Positions 9,972 to 21,423 are shown, numbered from the stretch's first letter. The stretch: 64,000 bases of DNA from Alphaproteobacteria bacterium (GCA_965216755.1 CBDCGL010000011.1:896001-960000); one strand, 5' to 3'. The notes: generated from the sequence alone by a model not told the origin. Numbers and translations are program-made.

Positions 9972-11006
9972 TTACCCTGCGCCTCTTATCTTTCCTTTTG
10001 CCATCAGGGCAAGTCGCGCGACCTGGCGACGCCACTGTTGCATTGGTACGGCTGGCGTTCCACCAAATGTCTCACCCTGTGGAATGCTACTGCTGACCCC
10101 CCCTTGTGCCGCGACCGTAGCGCCGGCACCGATCCGCAAATGCCCCGCAACACCAACTTGGCCGGCAAGGACGACGTTGTCCTCCAAATGCGTGCTACCC
10201 GAAATGCCAACCTGTGCGACGATGACGCAGTTGCGTCCGATCCGTACGTTGTGCGCAATTTGGACTAGGTTATCGATCTTCGTGCCGGCACCAACGAGTG
10301 TATCAGGGCCCGCGCCGCGATCAATTGTCGTGTTCGCACCGATTTCAACGTCATCTTCAATTATGACCCGCCCCACTTGCGCGACTTTCTGGAGTCCTGT
10401 CGGGCCTGGTGCATAACCGAACCCGTCCTGCCCGATACGGACGCCGCCATGGATGATCACGCGGGCGCCAATCAAGCAATAACTCAGGGTCGCGCCCATA
10501 CCGATGCTGCAATCGTCGCCGATGACAACATGACGTCCGACAACGGCATTGGCGGCAATCCTGCAGCGCGCACCGACTTGGGCGCCGTCGCTGACGACCG
10601 CACCCGCGTCGATTTGGCACGCGTCTCCAATCCGCGCCGTCGGCGCGATCGCCGCGGATGCGTGTATACCCTGAACCTCAACGGGGCTTGTCGGATAAAA
10701 AAGTTGTGACGCTTTGGCGTAGGCCAAATACGGCGTACTCGTCACCAACACGACCATATTGGGCGGAGCCTTGTCGGCGTGATCCTGACTGACAAATGCC
10801 GCCCCCGCATTGGAGGCCCGAAAATCATCTACATACCGTCGATTGTCGAGAAAGCTGACATGTGTGGGCTTCGCACTCGTCAACGGCGCAATATCGTCAA
10901 TTTGGCGATCCGCAGCGGCCGAGTCCTTCAGCGTCGCTTCGCCCACCGATGCGACCACGCCGACGGTGAATGGACCTTTCGGCTCGAAAAAACGCCGCTC
11001 TGCCAT
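9972..11006 (-). CDS. lpxD: UDP-3-O-(3-hydroxymyristoyl)glucosamine N-acyltransferase
   Basis: IGQDGFGY, VEIGANTTIDRG, KIDNLVQIAHNV. Confidence 0.97.
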   Translation of the reverse strand: MAERRFFEPKGPFTVGVVASVGEATLKDSAAADRQIDDIAPLTSAKPTHVSFLDNRRYVDDFRASNAGAAFVSQDHADKAPPNMVVLVTSTPYLAYAKASQLFYPTSPVEVQGIHASAAIAPTARIGDACQIDAGAVVSDGAQVGARCRIAANAVVGRHVVIGDDCSIGMGATLSYCLIGARVIIHGGVRIGQDGFGYAPGPTGLQKVAQVGRVIIEDDVEIGANTTIDRGAGPDTLVGAGTKIDNLVQIAHNVRIGRNCVIVAQVGISGSTHLEDNVVLAGQVGVAGHLRIGAGATVAAQGGVSSSIPQGETFGGTPAVPMQQWRRQVARLALMAKGKIRGAG

Positions 11007-11012
11007 GGTTTC

Positions 11013-11600
11013 CTATTCGCTGCTCTCCGGTGGCGTCGTCGAAACGGCGGGAAGTCGCTCGTTCAGCATGTCCACAACTGTGGTCGAAAAATCTAAGTTC
11101 TTGGACACCAAGAGAACCTGGGACTTGTCCAGCACGATCGTATAACTTCGCTGATCGGCAATTTCAGCGACAATGTTCAAGGCCGCGCTCTGAACTTGAT
11201 TCATGCCGTAGGCCAGAACCTCTTCAAGCTGTTTGTTCCGGGCGACAACATCGCGCTGCAACTCTTCAACTTCCTTGGCAAACGCCGATTCACGTTCGGC
11301 AAAGGCTTCGGGTGCCATGACAGTGCGTTGGCGCTGCAGCTCCTCCTGCTTGGTGCGCAAAGCATCCTCTTTCGCACTAATCTCGGAGCGATAGGTCTCC
11401 TGCTGCGCTTCAACTTCCTGCCGGACCCCTTGCGCGGCAACCGAATCGCGCAAGATATGCTGCAAATCAACAACACCGATACGTTCGAGGGCCGCGTCAT
11501 CCTGGGCCCGCGCTGGGGTCGCGGGCAGACAAGTGAATGCGGCGTAGCCCATTGCGGCGCCCACGATCCAGTGAACAGACCGTCGCGTGACGTTTGTCAT
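11013..11600 (-). CDS. skp: OmpH/Skp family periplasmic chaperone
   Basis: Signal peptide ending ARA-Q, IGVVDLQHIL, coiled coil. Lies between bamA and lpxD. Confidence 0.9.
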   Translation of the reverse strand: MTNVTRRSVHWIVGAAMGYAAFTCLPATPARAQDDAALERIGVVDLQHILRDSVAAQGVRQEVEAQQETYRSEISAKEDALRTKQEELQRQRTVMAPEAFAERESAFAKEVEELQRDVVARNKQLEEVLAYGMNQVQSAALNIVAEIADQRSYTIVLDKSQVLLVSKNLDFSTTVVDMLNERLPAVSTTPPESSE

Positions 11601-11630
11601 GTTGTCTTCGTCCTGATTAGCCGGTCGTAA

Positions 11631-13940
11631 TTAAAAGAAAGACCCAAACCCAAAGGAAATCAATTCCTCATCGTCAAAGTCTTCCTTGATGATCGCCTTC
11701 GTGAAGTCAATCCTGAGTGGTCCAAAGGGTGACGCCCAAGAAATGCCTATGCCTGCGGACATGCGGACCGATCCCGTATCCAACACATTCAGGTTGGAGG
11801 TATCAACTTGCCGCAAAGACCCCGCGATCGCAAAAATCCGCCCCTTGATGCCAAGTTCGGTTGGTAACCCAAGCGGGAACAAGGCTTCCAAAGTTCCCTT
11901 ATAGAGCAAGTTGCCGCCAAGGGAATCATTGTTGGCGACGTCGCGCGGTCCAACACCGGCCGGTGCAAAGCCGCGAAACGAGTTGCCGCCCAGAAAGAAC
12001 CGATCGCCGATGTCGATATCCTCACTCCCGATACCGAAAATGTACGACCCTTCACCAAGCAGAGACAGCACCCAATCGCCCCACAACGGCAGATAATAGC
12101 CAACCTCCAAGGCGTTGCGCAGATAGTGTTTGTCGCCACCCAGCCCTGCCACATCCGCTGACCAGCGCGCGAAATACCCGTCAGACGGGTTTATGCGATT
12201 GTCCAAACGATCATAAAACAATGTTTGTCCGACGACCGATGTCAGCGTCTCGCCGGACTGGTCCAGAATCGATTGGGGGGCCGTTGAATCCGGTTGGATA
12301 TCTTCCAAACGCAAGGTATAGCGCAAATTCTGCGACAGGAACTCGGTCAACGGATAGCCCGACCTTAGACTGAACCCGGTGAGATCACGCTCAAACGAAC
12401 TTTCGTCGAATTTCTGAACCGTGTTGAAAACGTCAAAACCCGCGGAAAGATTCCGGTTCAGAAAGTATGGTTCGGTGAAATTGAGCTGCAATTCCTGAGA
12501 GATGCCGGACAGCGTGAAACTGAGTCCCAAATCCTGGCCCCGACCCAACAGGTTGCGCTCGCGTATGCCGACCGAGCCCGTCGGACCGGCGACCGATGAA
12601 AAGCCGGCGCCGAACGTCACCTCGCCGGTCGACTGTTCCTCCACATCAACATTAACAATTGTCTGATCCGGCTCGTCGCCCGGCTCGTTGTTCACATCCA
12701 CACGTGAGAAGAATCCCAGGTTCTCGATCAGTTGCCGTGAGCGGCGCAGCTTGGCGGAATTAAACGCGTCGCCCTCGGCCAAGCGCACATTGCGGCGAAT
12801 GACGCGATCCAAGGTGCGCACATTGCCCGTAATATCAATACGTTGAACGTAGACGCGTGGCCCTTCATCAATTTGATAGGTTACGTCGATCGTTAGGTCT
12901 TCGCGGTTCCGCGACACGTTTGGCCGAATATCGACGAATGCGTAGCCCAGTGAGCCGATCTCATCGGTGAGGCTTTGGATCGTTTCTTCCAGGGCCTCCG
13001 CGTCGTACCAGTCCCCGGTATCCGTGGTGACGTCGCCGCGCAACCCTTCTGGGTCGAGTTCGGGCAGAGTGGTCTCTAACGCGATGTCACCAAATCGGTA
13101 GCGCTCGCCCTCGTTGACCGTAAAGGTAATAAAGAAATCCTCACGGTTCGGCGAAAGCTCCGCCACGGCATCTTCGACTCGGAAATCCGCAAAACCCTCT
13201 TTGAGATAGAAGCGACGCAGCAGTTCGCGATCAAAACTCAACCGATCGGGATCGTAGTTATCTGTCGCCGAGAAAAAACGCCACCATCGTGACTGCCGCG
13301 TCTGAATCACTTCACGCAAGGTGCCGTCACTGAAATTCTCGTTGCCGATAAAGACGATCCGTTGGACGCCAGTTAAGGGTCCCTCCTTTATCTCAAAAAC
13401 CAGGTCAACGCGGTTCTGGGCCAGCTGTATAACCTTAGGTTCAACGCTGGCGGCAAATCGACCGCTACGCCGATACAGCTCAATAATCCGCGCAACGTCC
13501 TGCTGAACCTTGGTGCGTGTATAGACAACACGGGGCCTCAGTTGCACCTCGCCAGAGAGAATTTCGTCCTCGATGCGCCGATTGCCCTCGAAGGCTAGCC
13601 TGTTGATGATCGGGTTTTCGACGACCTGAACGATCAACGTATTCTGTTCGCGCCGCAACGTCACATCCGCGAACAGTCCAGTGGAAAACAGGCTTTTTAG
13701 TGTTTCATCAATGCGCAGGGGATCAAAAGGATCACCAGGCCCAACCCGCATATACGAAAGGATTGTCTCATTCTCGATCCGTTGATTGCCATCGATCCGC
13801 ACGTCGCTAATGCTTGGCACTTGCTGCGCGATCGCTGTTGTGCTGCCAAACACGGTCATGCCGATGAACCAAGCAAGCACGCCGCACAAAATTGCTACGC
13901 CCGCCGCAGAAAACCTGCGCCGTACTCCCCACCCATGCAA
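11631..13940 (-). CDS. bamA: Outer membrane protein assembly factor BamA
   Basis: POTRA repeats (GNQRIE, GNRRIE, GNVRTLD), FRGF motif, SPFGPLRID, C-terminal Phe. Exact start uncertain. Confidence 0.97.
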   Translation of the reverse strand: MHGWGVRRRFSAAGVAILCGVLAWFIGMTVFGSTTAIAQQVPSISDVRIDGNQRIENETILSYMRVGPGDPFDPLRIDETLKSLFSTGLFADVTLRREQNTLIVQVVENPIINRLAFEGNRRIEDEILSGEVQLRPRVVYTRTKVQQDVARIIELYRRSGRFAASVEPKVIQLAQNRVDLVFEIKEGPLTGVQRIVFIGNENFSDGTLREVIQTRQSRWWRFFSATDNYDPDRLSFDRELLRRFYLKEGFADFRVEDAVAELSPNREDFFITFTVNEGERYRFGDIALETTLPELDPEGLRGDVTTDTGDWYDAEALEETIQSLTDEIGSLGYAFVDIRPNVSRNREDLTIDVTYQIDEGPRVYVQRIDITGNVRTLDRVIRRNVRLAEGDAFNSAKLRRSRQLIENLGFFSRVDVNNEPGDEPDQTIVNVDVEEQSTGEVTFGAGFSSVAGPTGSVGIRERNLLGRGQDLGLSFTLSGISQELQLNFTEPYFLNRNLSAGFDVFNTVQKFDESSFERDLTGFSLRSGYPLTEFLSQNLRYTLRLEDIQPDSTAPQSILDQSGETLTSVVGQTLFYDRLDNRINPSDGYFARWSADVAGLGGDKHYLRNALEVGYYLPLWGDWVLSLLGEGSYIFGIGSEDIDIGDRFFLGGNSFRGFAPAGVGPRDVANNDSLGGNLLYKGTLEALFPLGLPTELGIKGRIFAIAGSLRQVDTSNLNVLDTGSVRMSAGIGISWASPFGPLRIDFTKAIIKEDFDDEELISFGFGSFF

Positions 13941-13947
13941 GATGTTC

Positions 13948-15087
13948 TTACCCCGTTAACCGACTGAAGAATTCGATCATGGAGGGCCGCGTCAAATCAT
14001 TGAGCGTGGCAAACACCATGAGCGACAAGACCATCGCGAGCCCGACAAAGTAACCATATTCCTGTGCCCGTTCGCCCAAGGGGCGGCCGCGAACCGCTTC
14101 GATCGAATAGAATACAAGATGACCGCCATCGAGAACAGGAATGGGAAATAGGTTAATCAACCCAAGACTGGCTGAAAGTAGCACAACAAATTCCAGCAGC
14201 GACACGATACCGTGCGAAGCGCGCTCGGCCGACATTTGCGCAATCATGATCGGACCGCCAAGCTCGTCCGGACTCCGTTGGCCGGAAACAATCTCTCCCA
14301 GACTGACCACTGTGCGATGGACCAGAAGGTACGTCTCTTGCACTGCCGCGATGAGCGCATAGGCAGGCCCGAGTGTGACGAATTCCCTTTCGGCGACACC
14401 GATGCCGAGCAAGCCAATCGTATGAACGTTACCAAAGTTGTCTGTGATCTCAGACGCGCGCGGCGTTGCCTGTAGCGTGACACGGCCGCCATTTCGCTCA
14501 ATGGCGAGTTCCAGCGTCTCGCCCGGGCTGAATAGCACGATCTCCCGAATGTCTTCGAACCGCTCGATCGTGCTTGCATCGATCTCAATGATTCGGTCAC
14601 CCGGTAGCAACCCCGCATCCGCGGCGGCACTGTCTTCGACCACCGTCCCCACCACGGGTGGCGTAAAAGGGCGCCCCACAAAGATGAAGACTCCGGTGAG
14701 TATCACGATCGATAGGACGAAATTTGCCAATGGTCCGGCGGCAACGATAGCAATACGTTGCGAGACCCGCTTGTGGTGAAACGACACCGCCCGCTCGTCG
14801 GCCGTCATGCGGTTCAGCGCGACGCTGTCAGGTTCGCTTGACGCCCCCGTGTCGCCAAAAAATCGAACATAGCCGCCCAAGGGGACCATGCTGAATTTCC
14901 AGCGCGTCCCCGACCGCGCTGTAAATCCGAATATCTCTCGCCCGAACCCGATGGAAAAGACGTCGACCTTGACGCCGCACCACCGTGCGACGCTGTAGTG
15001 GCCGAGTTCGTGAATGAACACAACCACAGTCAGAACGACCAGGAACCACGCGACCGTGGATAGAAATCCTTGAAGTGCTTCAATCAT
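13948..15087 (-). CDS. rseP: RIP metalloprotease RseP
   Basis: HELGH, FSIGFG, PLGGYV, AGPLAN, one PDZ domain, NLFPIPVLDGGH. Confidence 0.97.
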   Translation of the reverse strand: MIEALQGFLSTVAWFLVVLTVVVFIHELGHYSVARWCGVKVDVFSIGFGREIFGFTARSGTRWKFSMVPLGGYVRFFGDTGASSEPDSVALNRMTADERAVSFHHKRVSQRIAIVAAGPLANFVLSIVILTGVFIFVGRPFTPPVVGTVVEDSAAADAGLLPGDRIIEIDASTIERFEDIREIVLFSPGETLELAIERNGGRVTLQATPRASEITDNFGNVHTIGLLGIGVAEREFVTLGPAYALIAAVQETYLLVHRTVVSLGEIVSGQRSPDELGGPIMIAQMSAERASHGIVSLLEFVVLLSASLGLINLFPIPVLDGGHLVFYSIEAVRGRPLGERAQEYGYFVGLAMVLSLMVFATLNDLTRPSMIEFFSRLTG

Positions 15088-15123
15088 GCCAGTCTGTTTC
15101 TAATGCGTATTGGTGCCGGATCG

Positions 15124-16326
15124 TCATCGGCCAATCAAGTCCTTGGCGCGAAGTCGAGCGTCGCGGTCCATGGCGATCACATCGTCAAGCGATTCGACCT
15201 CCATACGTGGCATCACTTCCAGCGTGCGTTCAACCACCGTGACAATATCGAGGAATGGCAGCGCGCCATCCAAGAACGCGCGCACCGCAATTTCGTTCGC
15301 GGCGTTTAAGACAATCGGCGCTGCGCCACCATCGCGCAGCGAATCTCGTGCCAATCTCAACGCCGGAAATTTATCGAAATCAGGCTGTTCGAAGGTTAAT
15401 TGATGAATCGAGGCAAGGTCTAATCTGGCCACTGGCGCTGGCATGCGATCGGGCCAGCCTAAGCTATACGCAATTGGCGTGCGCATGTCGGGTGCACCTA
15501 GTTGCGCCAATACCGACCCGTCGCAATAGGCGACCATGCTGTGCACAACAGATTGCGGGTGAACTAATATCTCTATCTGGTTCGCGGTCACCGGAAACAG
15601 GTGGAACGCTTCGATCAGTTCAAGGCCCTTGTTCATCATCGTGGCCGAATCGACCGAAATCTTGGCACCCATATCCCAATTTGGGTGCGCAACCGCTTCG
15701 TCCGGCGTTACACGTCCCAAAGTGCCCCGATCGCGGTCGCGAAACGGCCCGCCCGAAGCCGTAAGGATGATTTTATCGACCCGTTCTGGGTACTGAAAAT
15801 CAAAGACTTGGAAGATCGCGTTATGTTCTGAGTCGACCGGCAACAAGGTCGCTCTGTGCTTGGCGATCTCACGCAGCATCAGCTCGCCAGCGCAGACCAG
15901 ACACTCTTTGTTGGCGAGCGCAACAACGGCGCCGCGGCGCACGGCCGATAAAGTTGGTGCCAAGCCGGCGGCGCCGACTATGCCGGCCATAACCCAATCG
16001 GCCGGGCGCTCGGCCGCCTCCATGAGGCCTTGCATTCCACTGGCTGCGCGAACCCCGGTACCGGACAAAGCATCACGCAACTTAGGATAGCTGCGGTCGT
16101 CGCCAATGACGGCGAGTTTGGGCTTAAGTCGCCGCGCTTGCTGTACAAGTCGCTCGACATTGCGATTGGCGGTCAGCGCCTCGATGACGTAGTCGTTCAG
16201 GTTCTGTTCGATCAAGTTGACCGTGCTCTGACCGATCGATCCCGTCGACCCAAGAATGGTCAGGTGCCGCGGCTGTTGGCTGCGCGCCACCTCTGTCTTT
16301 GTTGTTGTTGCCGCGCTCAACGCCAT
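15124..16326 (-). CDS. dxr: 1-deoxy-D-xylulose-5-phosphate reductoisomerase
   Basis: LGSTGSIG, LANKE, PVDSEH, LTASGGPF, HPNWDMGAKISVDSATMMNKGLE. Confidence 0.98.
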   Translation of the reverse strand: MALSAATTTKTEVARSQQPRHLTILGSTGSIGQSTVNLIEQNLNDYVIEALTANRNVERLVQQARRLKPKLAVIGDDRSYPKLRDALSGTGVRAASGMQGLMEAAERPADWVMAGIVGAAGLAPTLSAVRRGAVVALANKECLVCAGELMLREIAKHRATLLPVDSEHNAIFQVFDFQYPERVDKIILTASGGPFRDRDRGTLGRVTPDEAVAHPNWDMGAKISVDSATMMNKGLELIEAFHLFPVTANQIEILVHPQSVVHSMVAYCDGSVLAQLGAPDMRTPIAYSLGWPDRMPAPVARLDLASIHQLTFEQPDFDKFPALRLARDSLRDGGAAPIVLNAANEIAVRAFLDGALPFLDIVTVVERTLEVMPRMEVESLDDVIAMDRDARLRAKDLIGR

Positions 16327-17129
16327 TGCGCCAGATCCCCCCCGCTCAGGAACGCGATTATCGCGAAAAACGGTGCCCCGGTCACAAGCCCATCAATGCG
16401 ATCCATGAGTCCGCCGTGCCCGGGTATCAGGCCACCGCTGTCCTTGATGCCGCGACGACGTTTCAAACCTGATTCCAACAAATCACCCAATTGCGCGACA
16501 ATGGCCAATAGCGCGCCCAGTACCGCGAACCATTTAATCGACTGCGGCGCAAACATCATGCTGCCGGCAATAGCGGCAACCGCCGCCGCGGCGATGACCC
16601 CACCGGCGAGTCCCGCCCACGTCTTACCGGGACTAATTCGCGGTGCGAGCCTAGGCCCACCGATAAGCTTACCAGCGAAATAAGCCAAGATATCGGTCGC
16701 CCATACGACCAAAAGAAGCCACAGCAGCAAACTTCGTCCGGTCGTGGGAAACTCGCGTAGCCATATCAGCGACAGCGCGGGTACTCCGATGTAGATAACC
16801 CCCGCCCCGATCCAAGCCAATGGCCGGTATCCCCGCCAGATGGCAACAACAATAACCAACGCCCAGACGCCCAACCACAAGACCGCGCCCACTGTCAGGT
16901 GTAACGCTGTCAACGGCATCACGATTATGACCGATATCAGTAACGCGGCGAATGCCCAGCCGATGCCACGGTTACCGGCGAGGTGATTCCATTCCCAGGC
17001 CATGATTGTCGTGCCAATCGCGACAAGTGCCAAAAAAGGGAAGCCGCCCGACCAAGCGGCCCATAACACGATCGGTGCCATGACAATGGCAGAGAGGACA
17101 CGAAGGGTTAACTTTGACTGCAACGCCAC
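16317..17129 (-). CDS. cdsA: Phosphatidate cytidylyltransferase
   Basis: ISPGKTWAG, GDLLESGLKR, KDSGGLIPGHGGLMDRID. Confidence 0.96.
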   Translation of the reverse strand: MALQSKLTLRVLSAIVMAPIVLWAAWSGGFPFLALVAIGTTIMAWEWNHLAGNRGIGWAFAALLISVIIVMPLTALHLTVGAVLWLGVWALVIVVAIWRGYRPLAWIGAGVIYIGVPALSLIWLREFPTTGRSLLLWLLLVVWATDILAYFAGKLIGGPRLAPRISPGKTWAGLAGGVIAAAAVAAIAGSMMFAPQSIKWFAVLGALLAIVAQLGDLLESGLKRRRGIKDSGGLIPGHGGLMDRIDGLVTGAPFFAIIAFLSGGDLAQWR

Positions 17130-17131
17130 CC

Positions 17132-17866
17132 TTACCCGCCGGTGCCGCCGTAACGACGCTCTCGGCGATGGTAGTCTGAAATTGCCGCTTCCAGGTCATC
17201 GCGGCCAAAATCCGGCCACAATGTGGGCGTGAAGACCAGTTCCGCGTAGGCACACTGCCACAGCAGGAAATTACTCAGGCGGCATTCGCCGCTTGTTCGG
17301 ATGAGCAGATCCGGATCCGGCAAACCAACGGTATCAAGGCGTGCCGCGAACAAATCCTCGGTAACGTCTTCTATGTTAATTATTCCGGCCTGAACGTCGG
17401 CGACAATGTCGCGAACCGCCGCCACAATCTCATTTCGAGCACCGTAATTGAGAGCGACAGTCAGGTGAAGGTCCTGATTCCCTGCCGTTGAGTCTTCAGC
17501 CTGCTCGATCAGCGTCTGTATGTCACTGGCCAGGCGCCGTCGATCGCCAATCACACGTAAGCGGATGCCATTCTGACGCAATTCGGCCAATTCGCGGCGG
17601 ATGTAGAGCCGCAACAGGGCCATCAGATCTTGGACCTCGTCTGCGGGCCGTTTCCAATTCTCAGACGAAAATGCATAGAGCGTCAGATAGCGAACGCCCA
17701 AATCCCCGCAGGCCCGCACAACTTTGCGCACCGCCCCAGCGCCGCGCTGGTGACCCGCAGTTCGAGGCAGTCCCCGGCTGCGCGCCCACCTTCCATTGCC
17801 GTCCATAATAACGGCGATGTGCGTCGGTGGGGGCGGTGGGTCCAGTCGTGGCGCTGCCTGCTCCAT
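17132..17866 (-). CDS. uppS: Undecaprenyl diphosphate synthase
   Basis: HIAVIMDGNGRWA, YAFSSENWKRP, IRTSGECRLSNFLLWQ. Confidence 0.97.
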   Translation of the reverse strand: MEQAAPRLDPPPPPTHIAVIMDGNGRWARSRGLPRTAGHQRGAGAVRKVVRACGDLGVRYLTLYAFSSENWKRPADEVQDLMALLRLYIRRELAELRQNGIRLRVIGDRRRLASDIQTLIEQAEDSTAGNQDLHLTVALNYGARNEIVAAVRDIVADVQAGIINIEDVTEDLFAARLDTVGLPDPDLLIRTSGECRLSNFLLWQCAYAELVFTPTLWPDFGRDDLEAAISDYHRRERRYGGTGG

Positions 17867-17878
17867 TATCGAGTTGCC

Positions 17879-18436
17879 CTAGATCTGAAGGATTTCTTGT
17901 TCTTTAGAATCTACCGACGCGCCGATCCTCTTGATCATTTCATCCGTCATTTCCTGGACTTTCTCGCCCTCGGCGCGATGTTCATCCTGCGACATGTCGC
18001 CCGCCTTCTCCATGCGCTTCAGGGCATCCATCCCGTCGCGCCGAACATTGCGAACCGCGACACGGGCATCCTCGCCATATTTATGGGCCAATTTGGCCAT
18101 TTCCTTGCGTCGCTCTTCGGTCAGTTCGGGAATGGGTACCCGAAGCAATTGCCCTTCGGTCACTGGATTCAAGCCCAAACCACCATCGCGAATCGCCTTT
18201 TCGACCGCTTTGACCATGGTCTTGTCCCAGACCTGAACGGTCAACAAGCGCGCCTCGGGGGCACTGACCGTGGCCAACTGGTTGAGCGGCATGTGCGAAC
18301 CGTAGGCCTCGACCGAAACAGGTTCCAATAGACTGACAGCGGCACGCCCCGTGCGAAGCCCGGTCAACTCCTGATGTAAAACGTTAAGCGCGCCCTCCAT
18401 ACGACGCTTTAAGCCCTGGAGGTTGTAGGTTGTCAT
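17879..18436 (-). CDS. frr: Ribosome recycling factor
   Basis: [22 protein letters not shown]. Confidence 0.98.
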   Translation of the reverse strand: MTTYNLQGLKRRMEGALNVLHQELTGLRTGRAAVSLLEPVSVEAYGSHMPLNQLATVSAPEARLLTVQVWDKTMVKAVEKAIRDGGLGLNPVTEGQLLRVPIPELTEERRKEMAKLAHKYGEDARVAVRNVRRDGMDALKRMEKAGDMSQDEHRAEGEKVQEMTDEMIKRIGASVDSKEQEILQI

Positions 18437-19209
18437 GGCGCCTCGCTCTCGCCGCTGATGAGCGTAAACGGCCCTTTTCCCGCGATTACAGCCGCGAACG
18501 CCCCCGGCTTTCCAATGTTGAACACGATTATCGGAATGTTGTTGTCGCGCGCCAAGCTGATTGCGGACGCGTCCATCACTTTCAAGTCCTTGACCAAGAC
18601 ATCGTGGAAAGTGAGCCGGTCGAACCGCTTTGCGCCCTTGGTCAGATGGGGGTCGGCCGAATAAACGCCGTCGACTTGGGTCCCCTTCAGCATCGCATCG
18701 CAGTCCATTTCCGCGGCGCGCAGTGCCGCAGCGGTGTCCGTCGTGAAGTAAGGATTGCCGGTTCCCGCCGCAAATATAACGATTCGCCCTTTCTCCATAT
18801 GGCGAACCGCCCGCCGACGCAAAAATGGCTCACAAACTGCGGGCATGCGAAGCGCAGATTGCACGCGTGTTTGCACCCCCAAGCTCTCAAGCACGCCTTG
18901 CAACGCCAAGGCATTGATCACAGTGGCTAGCATGCCCATGCTGTCCGCCGTGGCGCGTTCTAGGCCGGCCGCCGGCCCCGCGACACCGCGAAATATGTTG
19001 CCGCCGCCGATCACGGCACAGACCTCCACCCCCTGTGCGTGCACGTCGCGCAGATCAATCGCGACGCGCTGCAAGACGTCCGGGTCGTGCCCAAACGTTC
19101 GATCGCCCATCAATGCTTCGCCCGAGATCTTGATCAAGACGCGCTGATAATCGGCGGACTTAGGCGGAATGACGGCCAGATCTTCAGATGTTTCCAAAGC
19201 CATCCCCAT
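18433..19209 (-). CDS. pyrH: UMP kinase
   Basis: [35 protein letters not shown]. Confidence 0.98.
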   Translation of the reverse strand: MGMALETSEDLAVIPPKSADYQRVLIKISGEALMGDRTFGHDPDVLQRVAIDLRDVHAQGVEVCAVIGGGNIFRGVAGPAAGLERATADSMGMLATVINALALQGVLESLGVQTRVQSALRMPAVCEPFLRRRAVRHMEKGRIVIFAAGTGNPYFTTDTAAALRAAEMDCDAMLKGTQVDGVYSADPHLTKGAKRFDRLTFHDVLVKDLKVMDASAISLARDNNIPIIVFNIGKPGAFAAVIAGKGPFTLISGESEAP

Positions 19210-19315
19210 ATGCCTCTCGCCGCGAACGATCTAAATACTGGGCGTGGGCCACCGCGTTGCCGCTCGCACCCTACACACAATTGCAGCGGTTGTCGGGGCC
19301 ATTTCCCGCCGGCGG

Positions 19316-20242
19316 CTAGGTGCCCGCCTGCGCAGCGACTTCCGCCGCAAAGTCAGACTCTTTTTTTTCGACGCCTTCACCAAGTTGACAACGAGCATAG
19401 TCAACTAGGGTGACGGCCGTTCCAAGATCCTTGGCTGTATTCTCAATCACCGCGCCAACCTTAGTCTCCCCATCGACAACAAAAACCTGGTCAATAAGGA
19501 TCGCCTCTTCATAAAACTTCCTCAGTCGGCCTTCGACCATCTTTTCAATAATGTTGTCCGGTTTTCCTGTCTGCCGGGCCTGATCAGTCATCACTTGGCG
19601 TTCGCGATCCAGAACCGCCGGGTCAAGGGAGTCGCGCGTGATCGCTTCCGGTCGCGCCGCGCAAATATGCATCGCCAATTGTTTGCCCAAAGTGTCCAAA
19701 ACGGCCGTGTCGCCTTTTGACTCCAAGCCGACCAGTACGCCAATCCGTCCCAGCTGTGGTGTGATCGCGTTGTGGACGTAGCTCGCGACCACCCCATCCG
19801 GCACGGATATGGCAGCGGTCCGCCGCAGCACAAGATTCTCGCCAATGCGGCCGACAAGTTGGGTCAGAGCCTCAGCGACGGTCGTGCCGGAGTCGGGAAA
19901 TGGCGCGGCCGAAGTCCTGTCAAGGTCACCATCATTCTCCAATGCCACGGCCGCCACAGTGCGCACGAACGCTTGAAATTCCTCGTTACGTGACACGAAG
20001 TCGGTTTCCGCATTGATTTCGACGACCGCGCCACGCTTGCCGTCCGTTGCGACCCCGACAAGTCCCTCGGCCGCGACTCGTCCAGCCTTCTTTGCCGCCG
20101 CGGCAAGGCCCTTCTTGCGCAGCCAGTCTGTCGCGGTTTCAAGATCGCCATCATTCTCAGACAGAGCCTTCTTGCAGTCCATCATGCCCGCGCCCGTCTT
20201 TTCGCGCAGCTCTTTGACCAGCGCGGCGGTGATCTCAGCCAT
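19316..20242 (-). CDS. tsf: Elongation factor Ts
   Basis: [26 protein letters not shown]. Confidence 0.98.
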   Translation of the reverse strand: MAEITAALVKELREKTGAGMMDCKKALSENDGDLETATDWLRKKGLAAAAKKAGRVAAEGLVGVATDGKRGAVVEINAETDFVSRNEEFQAFVRTVAAVALENDGDLDRTSAAPFPDSGTTVAEALTQLVGRIGENLVLRRTAAISVPDGVVASYVHNAITPQLGRIGVLVGLESKGDTAVLDTLGKQLAMHICAARPEAITRDSLDPAVLDRERQVMTDQARQTGKPDNIIEKMVEGRLRKFYEEAILIDQVFVVDGETKVGAVIENTAKDLGTAVTLVDYARCQLGEGVEKKESDFAAEVAAQAGT

Positions 20243-20318
20243 TGTTCGAATATCCCTACTTGTCCGAGTGGTCGTGTTTGCAAATCACGGCGAAAAGATC
20301 GCCATCACCCTTCTGGGC

Positions 20319-21185
20319 CTATCCGCTCGGGGCTGGTTGTTCTTGCGTTTCGGTGGCCACCGCCGGCGTTTCTGGCGCGGCGGGGTTCGTAGCCGTACCA
20401 TCCGGTACCTTTTCAGCGGCCGCTTTGGCGCCATTTCCAGTCAGATCTTCACCCGGAGCTTCCTCTGCTTCGCCGATGTCCTGGCCGGTCGCCACCAATT
20501 CGGCCTGCAAGCCATCCAGCACCGTGCGCGCGAACAAGTCGCAATACAGATTTACCGCGCGTGTCGCATCGTCATTGCCCGGAATCAAATAGTCGACGCC
20601 ATCTGGGTCCGAGTTACTATCGACGACGGCGACAATGGGAATATTCAGTTTGCGCGCTTCGTGTTTGGCAATCTGCTCTTTGTTCGTGTCGAGGATAAAC
20701 ACCACATCGGGCAATCCGCCCATTTCGCGAATGCCGCCGAGAGTCAATTCTAAACGATCCCGCTCGCGGGTAAGGTTCAGCAGCTCTTTTTTGGTCAAGC
20801 CGATGTTCTCATCCGCCAACCGCTCATCAAGCTGGTGAAGCCGGTGAATCGACTTTGATATCGTCGACCAATTGGTCAGCATGCCGCCCAACCAACGGTG
20901 ATTGACAAAGTATTGACCGCTACGCTTCGCATTTTCCGCAATAGGTCCAGCGGCCTGTCGCTTGGTGCCAACAAACAGGACCCTTCCGCCACCGGCAACG
21001 ACGCCCTGTACGAATTCCAGTGCGCGATACAGCATGGGCACGGTTTGCTGCAGATCAATGATGTGGACGCCGTTTCGCACGCCAAACAAATAGGGTTCCA
21101 TTTTGGGATTCCAGCGCTGGGTCTGGTGCCCAAAATGGACGCCGGCTTCCAGCAGCTGGCGCATGGTGAACGTGGGGACTGACAT
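20319..21185 (-). CDS. rpsB: 30S ribosomal protein uS2
   Basis: [25 protein letters not shown]. Acidic Ala/Pro-rich C-terminal tail. Confidence 0.98.
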   Translation of the reverse strand: MSVPTFTMRQLLEAGVHFGHQTQRWNPKMEPYLFGVRNGVHIIDLQQTVPMLYRALEFVQGVVAGGGRVLFVGTKRQAAGPIAENAKRSGQYFVNHRWLGGMLTNWSTISKSIHRLHQLDERLADENIGLTKKELLNLTRERDRLELTLGGIREMGGLPDVVFILDTNKEQIAKHEARKLNIPIVAVVDSNSDPDGVDYLIPGNDDATRAVNLYCDLFARTVLDGLQAELVATGQDIGEAEEAPGEDLTGNGAKAAAEKVPDGTATNPAAPETPAVATETQEQPAPSG

Positions 21186-21199
21186 GGTCTCTCCAATCT

Positions 21200-21298
21200 C
21201 CGGTTATGCCGCCGCGGGTATGTGGCTCAGTCGTCGTCTGACCGAACACCGGATCAATCGCGCCAATTATGGTTCGCGACCGCAACCCGCGTGAGGAA
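21200..21298 (-). ncRNA. rpsB leader (t44-type cis-regulatory RNA)
   Basis: Minus strand CUCACGCGGGU...CCGGUG...UACCCGCGGCGGCAUAACCGG directly upstream of rpsB. The CGCGGGU/ACCCGCG stem and GGCAUAACC motif resemble S2 autoregulatory leaders. Confidence 0.7.
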
Positions 21299-21300
21299 TG

Positions 21301-21332
21301 AAACAAAAGGCGCGACTTAGGTCATCGCGCCT
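21301..21332 (-). terminator. Rho-independent terminator candidate downstream of dnaE
   Basis: Minus strand AGGCGCGA-9 nt-TCGCGCCT followed by TTTGTTT. Confidence 0.5.
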
Positions 21333-21423
21333 CCCATTCAAAACCATAATTTGAAAGCAATTTCAAAGTAAACTTACCATCCCAGCCGATAATGCGATCG
21401 ACGCTGTCTTTTTTCTGGCCAAC

